From positions 12,315 through 76,314 of the forward strand of contig JBAZEY010000002.1 in NCBI GenBank assembly GCA_041653675.1: 64,000 nt of DNA, read 5' to 3'. Positions 47,180-56,553 of this stretch are shown here, one piece after another. How positions within the stretch are numbered: the first letter of the stretch is position 1; every line of letters starts with the position of its first letter. This DNA comes from Patescibacteria group bacterium. GTDB lineage: Bacteria > Patescibacteriota > Patescibacteriia > XYB2-FULL-38-15. The position numbers and the translations under genes were made by a program. The notes beneath the pieces are model-generated. The model saw only the letters and a list, made by a program, of their open reading frames with translations, was not told the DNA's origin and ran no database searches.

Positions 47180-47752
47180 CTAGACGGCGAGCTTGCGGAG
47201 GACGAGCCACCCGAAGTTCGGGCTGAAGTCGCGGTCGAGGCAGTTCAGGCCCAAGTCGCGCTCGCCGCCGTGCCGGCGCGCGACCGGCGCGTACCAGACG
47301 CCGTCCTGAATCTGCCAACGGGCCGTGATGATGAGCGGATGGTCGAGCTGGATATCCGGGTGGGCGGCGATGAACTCCATCGCCCGGCGCAAACCGCCAA
47401 GCAACCGGTAGCCGAGTTTCTCGAGTTCCGCGAAGGCCTCTTCGCCGGTCATCATCCGGTCGAAGTGGTGCTCGTAGACTTCCCAGTAGTGCTCGTCGGG
47501 AGCCACCGGCTCCAAGGGACAGTTCGCCTCGTTGAAGTCGGGGTTGACCCAGTCCTGCTTGCACATGTCGAGCAGCCGCCGGAAATTGATGACCGGCAGA
47601 CTTGCGGCCAACGCGCCCTTGAGCGCCAACTCCAACTCGAAGTTGTGGATGATCCAATACTGAGCCATCTCGGGCGTAATTCCCCGCGGCAAATTCCGAA
47701 TCACCGCCGCCGCAAGTTCCGCGAACTGATCCGTTTTGATCTTCTTTCCCAT
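47180..47752 (-). CDS. GC-rich hypothetical protein (190 aa), self-contained module
   Basis: SD AAGGAGGAAACGA-ATG, promoter ~125 nt upstream and a minus-strand terminator near 47100-47150. Two longer ORFs overlap it on both strands. Confidence 0.5.
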   Translation of the reverse strand: MGKKIKTDQFAELAAAVIRNLPRGITPEMAQYWIIHNFELELALKGALAASLPVINFRRLLDMCKQDWVNPDFNEANCPLEPVAPDEHYWEVYEHHFDRMMTGEEAFAELEKLGYRLLGGLRRAMEFIAAHPDIQLDHPLIITARWQIQDGVWYAPVARRHGGERDLGLNCLDRDFSPNFGWLVLRKLAV

Positions 47753-47885
47753 CGTTTCCTCCTTGGCTTATCCTGGTCCATCTCTTCCGAGAGGCAGGAC
47801 TTACCAAAAGCGGCTGGAACCCATTCCCAGCCTTGTTTTGAAGGTCATAAAACCGCCAAAAGAAAGCAAGGATTTTCAACACTTT

Positions 47886-47914
47886 ATAATAGCCCACTTT
47901 TGCCATTTTGTCAA
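47886..47914 (-). promoter_or_regulatory. Promoter TTGACA-17-TATTAT (minus strand) for 47180..47752
   Basis: gagagGTTGACAAAAtggcaaaagtgggcTATTAT read on the minus strand. Confidence 0.4.
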
Positions 47915-48161
47915 CCTCTCTCCCCCTTGTCCCGGTTAGAGGTCCTCGGCATAATTTTTTTAGAAAAAAAATTATGCTCAGTTTTAATAAGCATAGAAGT
48001 CGCCAAATCTCCCACCCTGAAAACCACCTAAAATAAAGACAAGACAGACCTCTAACGGGACTTGTTTTCATAAAAACATTATGTTATAATAACTTAATAA
48101 ATATTAGCGAATTTCACCTCGTTTTCGCCTCTGGCGGGAGGGGTTAAGTTTTTTTGTTATT

Positions 48162-50195
48162 ATGTCTCCAAAAGTTAAAGCCAAAAAAGAAGAATACGGC
48201 GCAAAACAAATTACCGTACTTGAAGGCCTTGAAGCGGTCCGCCGCCGACCTGGTATGTACATCGGTTCAACCGGTCCTGAGGGTTTGCATCATTTAGTTT
48301 GGGAAGTGGTTGATAACTCCATTGACGAAGCTATGGCCGGCCACTGCACGGAAATTGAAGTCCGTCTTCTCTCGAACAGCCGCGTTTCAGTCTACGACAA
48401 CGGCCGCGGCATTCCGGTTGATATTCATAAACAAACGAAAAAATCCGCTTTGGAAACCGTTTTGACAATCCTCCACGCCGGCGGAAAATTCGGCGAAGGC
48501 GGATATAAAGTTTCCGGCGGTCTGCATGGCGTCGGCGTTTCGGTTGTGAACGCCCTTTCAAAATACATGCGCGCCGAAGTGAAACGCGACGGAAAACTTT
48601 GGATGCAGGAATATGCCAAGGGAAAACCGCAGGGCAAAGTAAAACCTATTGGAAATGCCCGCGGTACCGGCACAACAATTATTTTTGAGCCAGATCCGGA
48701 AATTTTTACCACAACCGAGTTTGATCTGCAAACCATTCTCACCCATCTCCGCCAACAGGCCTATCTCACCAAAGGCGTAAAAATTTTCATCTTTGATGAA
48801 CGAAAATCGGAAAAAGGAAAAAAGAAAGACCAACCAACTTACGCCTTTTATTTTGAAGACGGCGTTGCTTCTTACGTCGGTTTTCTAAATCATCATAAAG
48901 AAGTAAAACAAGAAAATGTTTTTTACGTTCAAAAAGACTCCGCGGGCGTTGGCGTGGAAGTTGCCGTACAATATACGGCTGATTTTAAAGAAACTGTTTT
49001 TGCTTTTTGTAATAATATTTTCAATCCGGAAGGCGGAACGCACATGGTTGGTTTCCGTACCGCACTCACCCGTGTTTTGAATAATTACGCGAGAAATAAG
49101 GGATATCTGAAAGAAAAAGATGAAAATCTGACTGGTGAAGACGTGCGCGAAGGTTTGACCGCCGTCGTCTCCGTCAAAGTTAAAGACCCGCAATTTGAAG
49201 GCCAGACAAAAGCCAAACTCGGAAACCCTGAAGTCCGGCCGGCGGTTGACACAATTTTTTCCGAAGCTTTCACGACATTTTTAGAAGAACATCCTCGCGA
49301 CGCCGAAGGAATTATTGAAAAAAGTATTTTGGCCTCCCGCGCGAGAAACGCGGCCCGCGTCGCCCGCGAAACAATTTTAAGAAAAGGCGTGCTTGAAGGA
49401 TTGACTTTGCCGGGAAAACTTTCCGATTGTTCAAGCCGCGAAGCGGAAAAAACCGAACTCTATATTGTTGAGGGCGATTCCGCCGGCGGCTCGGCCAAGC
49501 AAGGCCGCGACCGAGATTTTCAAGCGATTCTCCCGCTCCGCGGAAAAATCTTAAACGTGGAACGGGCCCGGCTTGATAAAATGCTCGCGAACAATGAAAT
49601 AAAATCTTTGATTATCGCCATGAGAACAAACATTGGCGAACAATTTGATATCACGGGTTTGCGATACGGAAAAATTATTATTATGACTGATGCTGACGTT
49701 GACGGCGCGCACATCCGAACCCTGCTTTTGACTCTTTTCTTCCGTTATTTCCCCGAACTGATTAATAAGGGACATATTTATATTGCCCAACCGCCGCTTT
49801 ACAAAATCCAATCGGGCAAAGAAGCCCATTATGTTTTCAGCGATGAAGAAAAAGATAAGGTTGTCGCCGAATTTCAGAAAAACAAAAAACCTGATGCTAA
49901 AAAATTAAAAAAAGAAGTTGAAGAAAAAGTGGAAGGCGAAGTTGTGGAGGGCGAAGAAGCAGCCGCGACCGTTTCCGGCATTAATATCCAGCGCTACAAA
50001 GGTTTGGGCGAAATGAATCCTGAGCAACTCTGGGAAACAACCATGGATCCGGCGAGACGCCTAATGAAACAAGTAAACGCCAACGACGCCAAAGCAGCCG
50101 ATGAAACTTTTAGTATTTTGATGGGCGACGAGGTTGAGCCGAGAAAGAGATTTATTCAAACCCACGCGAAAACGGTAAAAAATTTAGATATATAA
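48162..50195 (+). CDS. gyrB: DNA gyrase subunit B (with lineage-specific C-terminal insertion)
   Basis: GHKL ATPase motifs, the Toprim motif EGDSAGGSAKQGRDR and PLRGKILNVE. Confidence 0.9.
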   Translation: MSPKVKAKKEEYGAKQITVLEGLEAVRRRPGMYIGSTGPEGLHHLVWEVVDNSIDEAMAGHCTEIEVRLLSNSRVSVYDNGRGIPVDIHKQTKKSALETVLTILHAGGKFGEGGYKVSGGLHGVGVSVVNALSKYMRAEVKRDGKLWMQEYAKGKPQGKVKPIGNARGTGTTIIFEPDPEIFTTTEFDLQTILTHLRQQAYLTKGVKIFIFDERKSEKGKKKDQPTYAFYFEDGVASYVGFLNHHKEVKQENVFYVQKDSAGVGVEVAVQYTADFKETVFAFCNNIFNPEGGTHMVGFRTALTRVLNNYARNKGYLKEKDENLTGEDVREGLTAVVSVKVKDPQFEGQTKAKLGNPEVRPAVDTIFSEAFTTFLEEHPRDAEGIIEKSILASRARNAARVARETILRKGVLEGLTLPGKLSDCSSREAEKTELYIVEGDSAGGSAKQGRDRDFQAILPLRGKILNVERARLDKMLANNEIKSLIIAMRTNIGEQFDITGLRYGKIIIMTDADVDGAHIRTLLLTLFFRYFPELINKGHIYIAQPPLYKIQSGKEAHYVFSDEEKDKVVAEFQKNKKPDAKKLKKEVEEKVEGEVVEGEEAAATVSGINIQRYKGLGEMNPEQLWETTMDPARRLMKQVNANDAKAADETFSILMGDEVEPRKRFIQTHAKTVKNLDI

Positions 50196-50315
50196 CCGTT
50201 AAGGGCTTTAAACTTGCGTTATTTTCCCCCTGTGCTATACTATCAATAAATAGCCCCCAGGGCTGTTTTAAATACCATAAATTTCGCTAAAAATCGCTTA
50301 AATAAAATAAAAAAC

Positions 50316-50513
50316 ATGCAAATCTCAATCCCTCGCAACAAATTAACAAACTACTTTCGTGACTCCTATCAGGAATTAAAGAAAGTTGTCTGGCCAACAA
50401 AACGTGAAACTACAAACCATACCCTAGTTGTGATTGGCATAAGTTTAGGCGTGGCCATTTTTTTGGGAGCGCTCGATTTTCTCTTTACCTGGATCCTGGA
50501 AAAATATATTTAA
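50316..50513 (+). CDS. secE: Preprotein translocase subunit SecE
   Basis: 65-aa protein with a single TM, a KKVVWPT motif and the conserved secE-nusG-rplK-rplA order. Confidence 0.8.
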   Translation: MQISIPRNKLTNYFRDSYQELKKVVWPTKRETTNHTLVVIGISLGVAIFLGALDFLFTWILEKYI

Positions 50514-50558
50514 TAAACAAAATTTTGATTTTTGAACTTTGACTTTTGAATTTTATCT

Positions 50559-51104
50559 ATGCCTAAACAAATAGCTCAAAGAGGCCGGCTCTGGTACGCA
50601 ATTCATACTTATTCCGGCTACGAAGAAAACGTCGCCCACAATTTGAAACAAAGAATTGAATCCATGGCGATGCAGGATAAGATTTTTAATGTCTTGATTC
50701 CTACTGAAAAAAAGATAAAGATAAAAAACGGAAAACGCCGAACAGTCATTGAAAAAATATTTCCCGGTTATGTTTTAGTGGAAATGCTCGTGACCGATGA
50801 TTCGTGGTATGTGGTTCGAAATACTCCAAACGTCACGGGTTTTATCGGCACTGGCACAATTCCTACTCCCCTTTCTGATGAAGAAATAAAAGTTCTTCAA
50901 AAAAGAATGGGCGACGAAGAACCGCAATATAAAATTGATGTCACGGTTGGCGCTCCGGTTAAAATTAATGATGGACCATTTAAGGGTTTCGAGGGAAAAA
51001 TTTCCGCTATTGACGAAGCTCGCGGCAAGGTTAAGGTGTTAGTAAATATGTTTGGCCGCGAAACTCCGGTGGAATTAGATTTCTTACAAGTTAAAAAAAT
51101 ATAA
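50559..51104 (+). CDS. nusG: Transcription termination/antitermination factor NusG
   Basis: WYAIHTYSGYE NGN domain plus C-terminal KOW. Confidence 0.85.
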   Translation: MPKQIAQRGRLWYAIHTYSGYEENVAHNLKQRIESMAMQDKIFNVLIPTEKKIKIKNGKRRTVIEKIFPGYVLVEMLVTDDSWYVVRNTPNVTGFIGTGTIPTPLSDEEIKVLQKRMGDEEPQYKIDVTVGAPVKINDGPFKGFEGKISAIDEARGKVKVLVNMFGRETPVELDFLQVKKI

Positions 51105-51170
51105 ATAAAATTACATTGTTATATTGCTAAATGCTTCTAGTTTAGCTCTTAACTGTGTAGCGTAAAAAGT

Positions 51171-51596
51171 ATGGCTAAAAAAATTAAGACAGTAATAAAA
51201 TTACAAATTCCAGCTGCCAAGGCAAACCCGGCGCCGCCAATCGGCCCAGCGCTCGGCCAGCACGGTTTGAATATCGCTGAATTCTGCACGAAGTTCAACG
51301 CCGCCACCGCGAAAATGGCCGGCGATATTATTCCGGCGGAAATTACGGTTTTTGAAGATCGAACTTATACTTTTATTTTGAAAACTCCTCCGGCGGCTGA
51401 ACTTTTGAAAAAAGCTGCGGGGATTGAAAAGGGTTCAGGAAAACCGCTTCAGGAAAAAGTTGGAAAAGTGACTAAAGCCCAAATTCGAGAAATCGCTGAG
51501 AAGAAAATGCCCGACTTAAATGCAAATGATATTGACGCGGCAATGAGAACTATTGAAGGCACGGCGAGACAAATGGGTTTGGAAGTTATTGGCTAA
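51171..51596 (+). CDS. rplK: 50S ribosomal protein L11
   Basis: [23 protein letters not shown] motif. Confidence 0.9.
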   Translation: MAKKIKTVIKLQIPAAKANPAPPIGPALGQHGLNIAEFCTKFNAATAKMAGDIIPAEITVFEDRTYTFILKTPPAAELLKKAAGIEKGSGKPLQEKVGKVTKAQIREIAEKKMPDLNANDIDAAMRTIEGTARQMGLEVIG

Positions 51597-51618
51597 AAAA
51601 TAATTGAAAATCTAATTT

Positions 51619-52053
51619 ATGGCTTTCAAATTTAGCTCAATTAGAACTGTCTATTTCTATCTAATCGCCCTGATTGCATTGATGATGATTGTCTGGGGCA
51701 CGGTTGATCTCGCGAATCTCGGACTTAGAACTTGGGTTTTTAAAAACGCTGATAAAGCCGACGACTGGTCAATGCCTATGCCGTATCTGACAGCTGAAGT
51801 GAAAATGGGAGAAACGGCGGAACGCTGCGCGGAAAAATGCGACCTTACTGATAATGATAAACAACAGATTCAAAATTGGCTTGCTGAATATAAAAATTGG
51901 CAAGACCAAAATAATTTACGCACAGCAAGAAAACAGAAAAACGCCGTTCGCGATATTTCTATGTTAGTTGTTGCTATTCCCCTATTTGTCTGGCACTGGA
52001 AAATGATCAGTAAAGAAACAAAAGAAGCAAAAGAAAACAATAAAGAAGTTTAA
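51619..52053 (+). CDS. Hypothetical membrane protein inserted between rplK and rplA
   Basis: ORF with N-terminal TM helices. Its position inside the L11-L1 operon is unusual. Confidence 0.4.
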   Translation: MAFKFSSIRTVYFYLIALIALMMIVWGTVDLANLGLRTWVFKNADKADDWSMPMPYLTAEVKMGETAERCAEKCDLTDNDKQQIQNWLAEYKNWQDQNNLRTARKQKNAVRDISMLVVAIPLFVWHWKMISKETKEAKENNKEV

Positions 52054-52113
52054 ATAAAATAATTAATTTCGTGGGAGTCCGCCAAAGGCGGACGTTATTA
52101 CCACCAAAAACTT

Positions 52114-52791
52114 ATGCGCGGAAAACGCTATCAGGAGGCAAAAAAATCCATTGACCCTAAAAAGAGCTACTCTCTCGCTGAGGCTGTGGACATGATTAAA
52201 AACGGTCCTAAAGAAAAATTTGATGCCGGCGTGGAAGTCCACATCAAACTCGGCATTGATCCCAAAAAAGGCGATCAATTAGTGCGCGGCACTTTAGTTT
52301 TACCGCACGGAATTGGCAAGACCAAAAAAATCGCGGCTTTCGTTGAACCGGCTTTGGAAAAAGAAGCCAAAGAAGCCGGAGCGGAAATCGTCGGCGGCGA
52401 AGATTTGATTAAAGAAATTAAATCTTCGGAAAGAGCTAATTTTGAAATCGCCGTGGCGACTCCGACCATGATGCCTAAATTGGCCCAGATCGCGAAAATT
52501 TTGGGTCCAAAAGGCTTGATGCCAAACCCGAAGACAGAAACGGTGAATCCAAATATCAAAAAAATCATTGGTGAATTGAAAAAGGGCAAAATCAACTTTA
52601 AAAATGATGATGGCGGAAATATTCATCAATTGCTCGGCAAAGTTTCCTATGATAAAGAAAAACTTTTGGCAAATCTGACAATGTTTGTTGAAGCGGTGAA
52701 AAAAGCCAAACCGGCCGCTGCCAAAGGCGTTTATATTCAAACCGCGGTACTTTGCACCACAATGGGCCCGGCAATAAAAATCGGAGTATAA
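52114..52791 (+). CDS. rplA: 50S ribosomal protein L1
   Basis: Conserved L1 fold motifs along the full length. A hairpin gtccgccaaaggcggac lies in the leader at ~52074-52092. Confidence 0.9.
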   Translation: MRGKRYQEAKKSIDPKKSYSLAEAVDMIKNGPKEKFDAGVEVHIKLGIDPKKGDQLVRGTLVLPHGIGKTKKIAAFVEPALEKEAKEAGAEIVGGEDLIKEIKSSERANFEIAVATPTMMPKLAQIAKILGPKGLMPNPKTETVNPNIKKIIGELKKGKINFKNDDGGNIHQLLGKVSYDKEKLLANLTMFVEAVKKAKPAAAKGVYIQTAVLCTTMGPAIKIGV

Positions 52792-52809
52792 TTCAAAATC
52801 TATACAGCA

Positions 52810-52838
52810 AAAACACCCTGGAAAACGGGGTGTTTTTA
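52810..52838 (+). terminator. rplA intrinsic terminator (acaccctggaaaacggggtgt + TTTT)
   Basis: Stem-loop followed by a T-run. Confidence 0.5.
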
Positions 52839-52869
52839 GTCTGCTTTTTGGCGCTATTTCCCCTCTTGA

Positions 52870-52999
52870 CCCCGTAGTAGAATTTCGACTTTACTATTAT
52901 CTTTTATTGTTTCTAGATTTACGTCGCGCAATAAAGATTTTGTATTTTTCTCGTTTTATTTGGCCCGCAGAGCGGGCTTGTCGAAATTTCACTACGGGG
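52870..52999. repeat. 130-bp hairpin element copy 3 (CCCCGTAGTAGAATTTCGAC ... GTCGAAATTTCACTACGGGG; inner hairpin GGCCCGCAGAGCGGGC; TTGA flanks 52866-52869 and 53000-53003)
   Basis: Read directly. Intergenic, with no adjacent ORF start. Confidence 0.7.
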
Positions 53000-53143
53000 T
53001 TGATTTTTAATTGCCTATTCTTTTTCGTTTTGCTAAAATATAAGGGCTTAAAAGCCCGTGTTGGCTCCTCGGCTCGGAAATGTGAAACCACATTTCTCTC
53101 GCTCTACGTCGCCAATAGGGACTAACTAACACATAAAATCTAT

Positions 53144-53674
53144 ATGGGAAATTTACAAAATCCTAGAAAAAATCGCCTGTCTTGGGACGAAACTTTTATG
53201 AATATGGCGCTGATTTTGGCGCAACGCACCGCCTGCAAGTTTCATACCGCCGGAGTCGTCTTGGTTGATAATAATAAAAGAATTGTCTCGGTTGGCTATA
53301 ATGGCCCGACCGCTGGCGATGACCATTGTTTGGAAGTCGGCTGCGCCAAAGTTGACGGCGATCCTGTCACGGGAAAATTAAAACGCTGCCGCGGTGCGCA
53401 CGCTGAAATAAATAGCATTATCAACGCGCAAGACACGAGGAGGCTGGTGGGCGCGACGGTTTATACCGCGCTTTATCCTTGCTACGACTGCATGAAAGCG
53501 TTTAACAACGTCGGCGTCAAAGAAATAGTTTATTTTGAAAAATACGAACGGATAAAAACCGGCGGTGAAGGAAAAGAAGAAGAAAATGAAGCGCAGGAGT
53601 TGGCTGACAAGCGAGGAATTAAAATCAGGAAATACGACGGCCCGGTTTATTGCAACATTGATTTTACTAAATAA
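53144..53674 (+). CDS. comEB: dCMP deaminase (ComEB family)
   Basis: HAEINSI zinc site and PCYDCMKAF. Confidence 0.8.
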   Translation: MGNLQNPRKNRLSWDETFMNMALILAQRTACKFHTAGVVLVDNNKRIVSVGYNGPTAGDDHCLEVGCAKVDGDPVTGKLKRCRGAHAEINSIINAQDTRRLVGATVYTALYPCYDCMKAFNNVGVKEIVYFEKYERIKTGGEGKEEENEAQELADKRGIKIRKYDGPVYCNIDFTK

Positions 53675-53696
53675 ATTATTGACGGAAAAATAAAAT

Positions 53697-54245
53697 ATGA
53701 TTCTCGGAATAAAAAAATTACACGAATTAGTTAAAGAAATTAATTTAGTGGAAAATTTATGCGACCGGGAAATGAATAATCCCGAGGGCGCCGGTTTTGA
53801 TTTGCGGCTCGGAGAAATTTATGAGCTTGAAGGCGACGGATTTTTAGGCGTGGAAGAACGAAACACGCCGGCCATAAAACTTGTGGCAAAAAATGAGGAA
53901 GGAAAATCTGAACAGGAAAACTCTTTTGTTTTTGAACCGGGAAAATATTATTTAGTGAAAACTATGGAAAAAGTAAACTTGCCGGTGACAGTTTCCGGAA
54001 TTATTTTTCCGCGCACCACGCTATTCCGCTCCGGCTTGGGACTTTTTAACGGCATTGTTCAGCCCGGCTACCAAGGCGAACTCACTTTCGGACTTTGCAA
54101 TCTAGGAAAATCAAATATCAAAATTTCTTTCGGCGCGCGAGTCGTGCACATCACTTTTCATGAAGTGCTGGGCGAAGGCAACCAATACCGCGGCCAGTGG
54201 CAAGGCGGCCGAGTCGCGACTGGTGGCAAAGAAGTGCAAGTGTAA
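53697..54245 (+). CDS. dcd: dCTP deaminase / dUTPase-superfamily protein
   Basis: RTTLFRSGL and QPGYQGELTFGLCNLG match Dcd core motifs. Confidence 0.65.
   Translation: MILGIKKLHELVKEINLVENLCDREMNNPEGAGFDLRLGEIYELEGDGFLGVEERNTPAIKLVAKNEEGKSEQENSFVFEPGKYYLVKTMEKVNLPVTVSGIIFPRTTLFRSGLGLFNGIVQPGYQGELTFGLCNLGKSNIKISFGARVVHITFHEVLGEGNQYRGQWQGGRVATGGKEVQV
54184..54245 (+). repeat. Direct repeat R1 = native 3' end of dcd (…YRGQWQGGRVATGGKEVQV*)
   Basis: Matches R2 (54615-54646) and R3 (55142-55203). Confidence 0.6.
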
Positions 54246-54268
54246 CAAACCACTTAATATAAACTGCT

Positions 54269-54595
54269 ATGGAGCCAAGCGGCGAACAAAATAAAGATAC
54301 GGAAATTGCGCGCAAACCACATGCATATCTTGAATTTGGTTCGTCTGGGCACGAAACAGAATATCTTTTCACAATTCAAAAAGATAAATACAGCGAAGCT
54401 CGAGAATTGCCGTTTGAATGGGAATCTAAACTATTTAAAAAGTTAGGACCAGGTTGGGGTGTCGCAAATAGAGGAGCAAGAATTGAAATTATTCCACCGG
54501 ATTCAAAACGCACTCCCGAGACTGACGTGAAAGTTAAAGAGACTATAGGATCTTTACTTGGCAATGAATATGAATTTGTTGAAAAATCACAATAA
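54269..54595 (+). CDS. Hypothetical 108-aa protein (cassette 1 at dcd 3' end)
   Basis: ORF lying between repeats R1 and R2. Confidence 0.4.
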   Translation: MEPSGEQNKDTEIARKPHAYLEFGSSGHETEYLFTIQKDKYSEARELPFEWESKLFKKLGPGWGVANRGARIEIIPPDSKRTPETDVKVKETIGSLLGNEYEFVEKSQ

Positions 54596-54614
54596 AAAAA
54601 TCTATAGGCCAATA

Positions 54615-54646
54615 TCGCCGCTGACGGCAAAGAAGTGCAAGTATGA
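54615..54646 (+). repeat. Direct repeat R2 = truncated copy of dcd 3' end (encodes AADGKEVQV* in dcd-like frame); its stop overlaps the GNAT start (gtATGa)
   Basis: tcgccgctgacggcaaagaagtgcaagtatga compared with the R1 sequence tcgcgactggtggcaaagaagtgcaagtgtaa. Confidence 0.55.
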
Positions 54647-55143
54647 TAAAAATTAGAAAACATTTACAAAAAGATATTCCCTACCGTGTAAAATGGTTAA
54701 ATAATCCCGAGGTAAACAAATTTATTGGTGACGAGATGGGACAAAAGACAAATCTGAAAAAAGAAAAAGAATGGTTTTCTAATTATCAAAAAGCGAAAAA
54801 CAAAAAATTTTTTACTATCTGTGACGATTCCAAACCAATAGGTTTTATGGGATTATCGCATATTAGCAAGTCCAATAAAAACGCTGATTTATTTATTGTT
54901 ATCGGCGAAGATGATTATCGCGGCAAGGGAATCGGGAAAATTGCCATAAAATGGTTGATTAATTATGGATTTAAAAAATTAAAACTCCACAAAATCAATC
55001 TCGGTGTCGTTAGAGACAACAGCCATGCAATTAAAGTATATCGAGAATTGGGTTTTATTATTGAAGGAAAAATGAAAGACGAAATTTTTTATAAAGGTAA
55101 GTATCACGATTTTTTGTCCATGGCAATTTTTAATAGAAATTAA
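54643..55143 (+). CDS. GNAT-family N-acetyltransferase (cassette 2)
   Basis: Acetyl-CoA-binding motif region (RGKGIGKIAIKWLINYGF) and a RimJ/L-like size. Confidence 0.7.
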   Translation: MIKIRKHLQKDIPYRVKWLNNPEVNKFIGDEMGQKTNLKKEKEWFSNYQKAKNKKFFTICDDSKPIGFMGLSHISKSNKNADLFIVIGEDDYRGKGIGKIAIKWLINYGFKKLKLHKINLGVVRDNSHAIKVYRELGFIIEGKMKDEIFYKGKYHDFLSMAIFNRN

Positions 55144-55203
55144 TACCGCGGCCAATGGCAAGGCGGCCACGTCGCAACCGGCGGCAAGGAAATACAAGTT
55201 TAA
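55142..55203 (+). repeat. Direct repeat R3 = near-complete re-coded copy of dcd 3' end (encodes YRGQWQGGHVATGGKEIQV*)
   Basis: About 80% nucleotide identity to R1. The differences are mostly synonymous or conservative (R->H, V->I). Confidence 0.6.
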
Positions 55204-55235
55204 AATTAAAAAAATAATTATTAACTTACAAACCT

Positions 55236-55550
55236 ATGGAACAAAAAAAATTCAACCCTATGGAACAAAAAAAAATTGAACAAATACCACTTCCGGAAAT
55301 CACACAATGCAAAACATCTGAAGACTATGAAAAATTAACAGACAAATGGTATGCCGAAGGATTCAGAATCGCCGGAAAAGAAGAAAATGGAACAAGACTT
55401 CAATCGTTAGTAGACGCCTATCGCGGAGATCCGGAGATAACAGACATACGATTAACTACTTGTTACATACCGGGTACTTCGCAAAATGATTATAGAAGCG
55501 TGGAATTGGCGGGATTCACCGCGGTCTGGATCAAAGAAAAAAAGAAATAA
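55236..55550 (+). CDS. Hypothetical 104-aa protein; N-terminus contains a tandem duplication (MEQKKFNP / MEQKKIEQ)
   Basis: ORF, with an internal duplication at the DNA level. Confidence 0.35.
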   Translation: MEQKKFNPMEQKKIEQIPLPEITQCKTSEDYEKLTDKWYAEGFRIAGKEENGTRLQSLVDAYRGDPEITDIRLTTCYIPGTSQNDYRSVELAGFTAVWIKEKKK

Positions 55551-55551
55551 T

Positions 55552-56550
55552 ATGGATAAACATCCTGAATACCAATATCTTGACCTCGCGCAAGATATTT
55601 TAGATCACGGTTCGGACAAAAAACTTTTTTTCACTCCCGAAGTTTTGGAGGAATATAAAAAGAAAGGCGAAGAACCGCCGTTTATTCGTTCGGTTTTCGG
55701 TCGGCAGATTAGATTTGACCTGTCGCAAGGTTTTCCGCTTTTGACCACGAAAAAAACTTTTTTCCGGGGAATTTTGGTTGAACTTCTTTGGTTTTTATCG
55801 GGAAGCACAAATATTAAACCACTGCTTGATCAAAAAGTTCATATTTGGGACGAATGGGCATGGAAACGTTACCATAAATATTGTGTTGCCTCGGCGCCGA
55901 CGGAAGATCTGACGCAAGAACAATTTATCGCGAAACTGGAATCGCTTCCGGCGGACGATGAATTTGTAAAAAAATGGGGCGACTTAATTATGGTTTACGG
56001 AAAAATGTGGCGGCGCTGGCCGGCCTCGGACGGCCGGGAAATTGATCAGCTCGGCTGGTGCATTCAAGGTTTAAAAGAAAAACCATTTAGAAAATCTTAT
56101 GTTGTTTCCGCCTGGAATCCGGATTTTATTTATGCCATGGCGAGCAAGGGTAATGCCAACGAAGTTCCGCCGTTTTGCCACACCACTTTTCAATTTCAAA
56201 CTACGGCTGACGGAAGATTGAATCTTGGACTTTATCAACGCAGCGCCGATTTATTTTTGGGCGTGCCGTTTAATATCGCGAGTTACGCCATGCTTTTACT
56301 AATGGCTGCGCAAATTACGGGACTTAAACCCGGAGAATTTGTCCATACTTTTGGCGACGTGCATATTTATTCAAATCATTTTGAACAAATTAAAGAACAA
56401 CTCTCGCGAAAACCATTCCCCTTCCCTACTCTAAAAATTAATCCTGATATAAAAAATATCGACGATTTCAAGTTTGAAGATTTTGAATTACAAAATTACG
56501 AATCTCATCCGGCGATCAAAGCGGAAATCGCAAACATCGGAGGATTTTAA
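55552..56550 (+). CDS. thyA: Thymidylate synthase ThyA (with insertions)
   Basis: Folate and dUMP-binding motifs ([10 protein letters not shown], the Cys-containing [10 protein letters not shown], and [17 protein letters not shown]). Start set at MDKHPEY to avoid overlap with the upstream gene. Confidence 0.85.
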   Translation: MDKHPEYQYLDLAQDILDHGSDKKLFFTPEVLEEYKKKGEEPPFIRSVFGRQIRFDLSQGFPLLTTKKTFFRGILVELLWFLSGSTNIKPLLDQKVHIWDEWAWKRYHKYCVASAPTEDLTQEQFIAKLESLPADDEFVKKWGDLIMVYGKMWRRWPASDGREIDQLGWCIQGLKEKPFRKSYVVSAWNPDFIYAMASKGNANEVPPFCHTTFQFQTTADGRLNLGLYQRSADLFLGVPFNIASYAMLLLMAAQITGLKPGEFVHTFGDVHIYSNHFEQIKEQLSRKPFPFPTLKINPDIKNIDDFKFEDFELQNYESHPAIKAEIANIGGF

Positions 56551-56553
56551 TTT

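Noticed and set aside
47090-48071. Two long overlapping ORFs (313 aa on the plus strand, 303 aa on the minus strand) covering the GC-rich island
   Set aside because: Both are Arg/Ala/Pro-rich low-complexity translations typical of spurious frames in GC-rich DNA. Neither has an SD. The internally consistent gene is 47180..47752 (-), which has AAGGAGG, a promoter and a terminator.
287-52999. CRISPR array or integron attC interpretation of the CCCCGTAGTAG...CTACGGGG elements
   Set aside because: Copies are 12-40 kb apart, not in an array. There are no cas genes and no integrase. There is no GTTRRRY/RYYYAAC core, so neither label fits.
55486-55551. Extended N-terminus of thyA from the ORF track
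   Set aside because: The extension overlaps the upstream gene and encodes low-complexity sequence. The conserved ThyA region begins at the MDKHPEY start at 55552.
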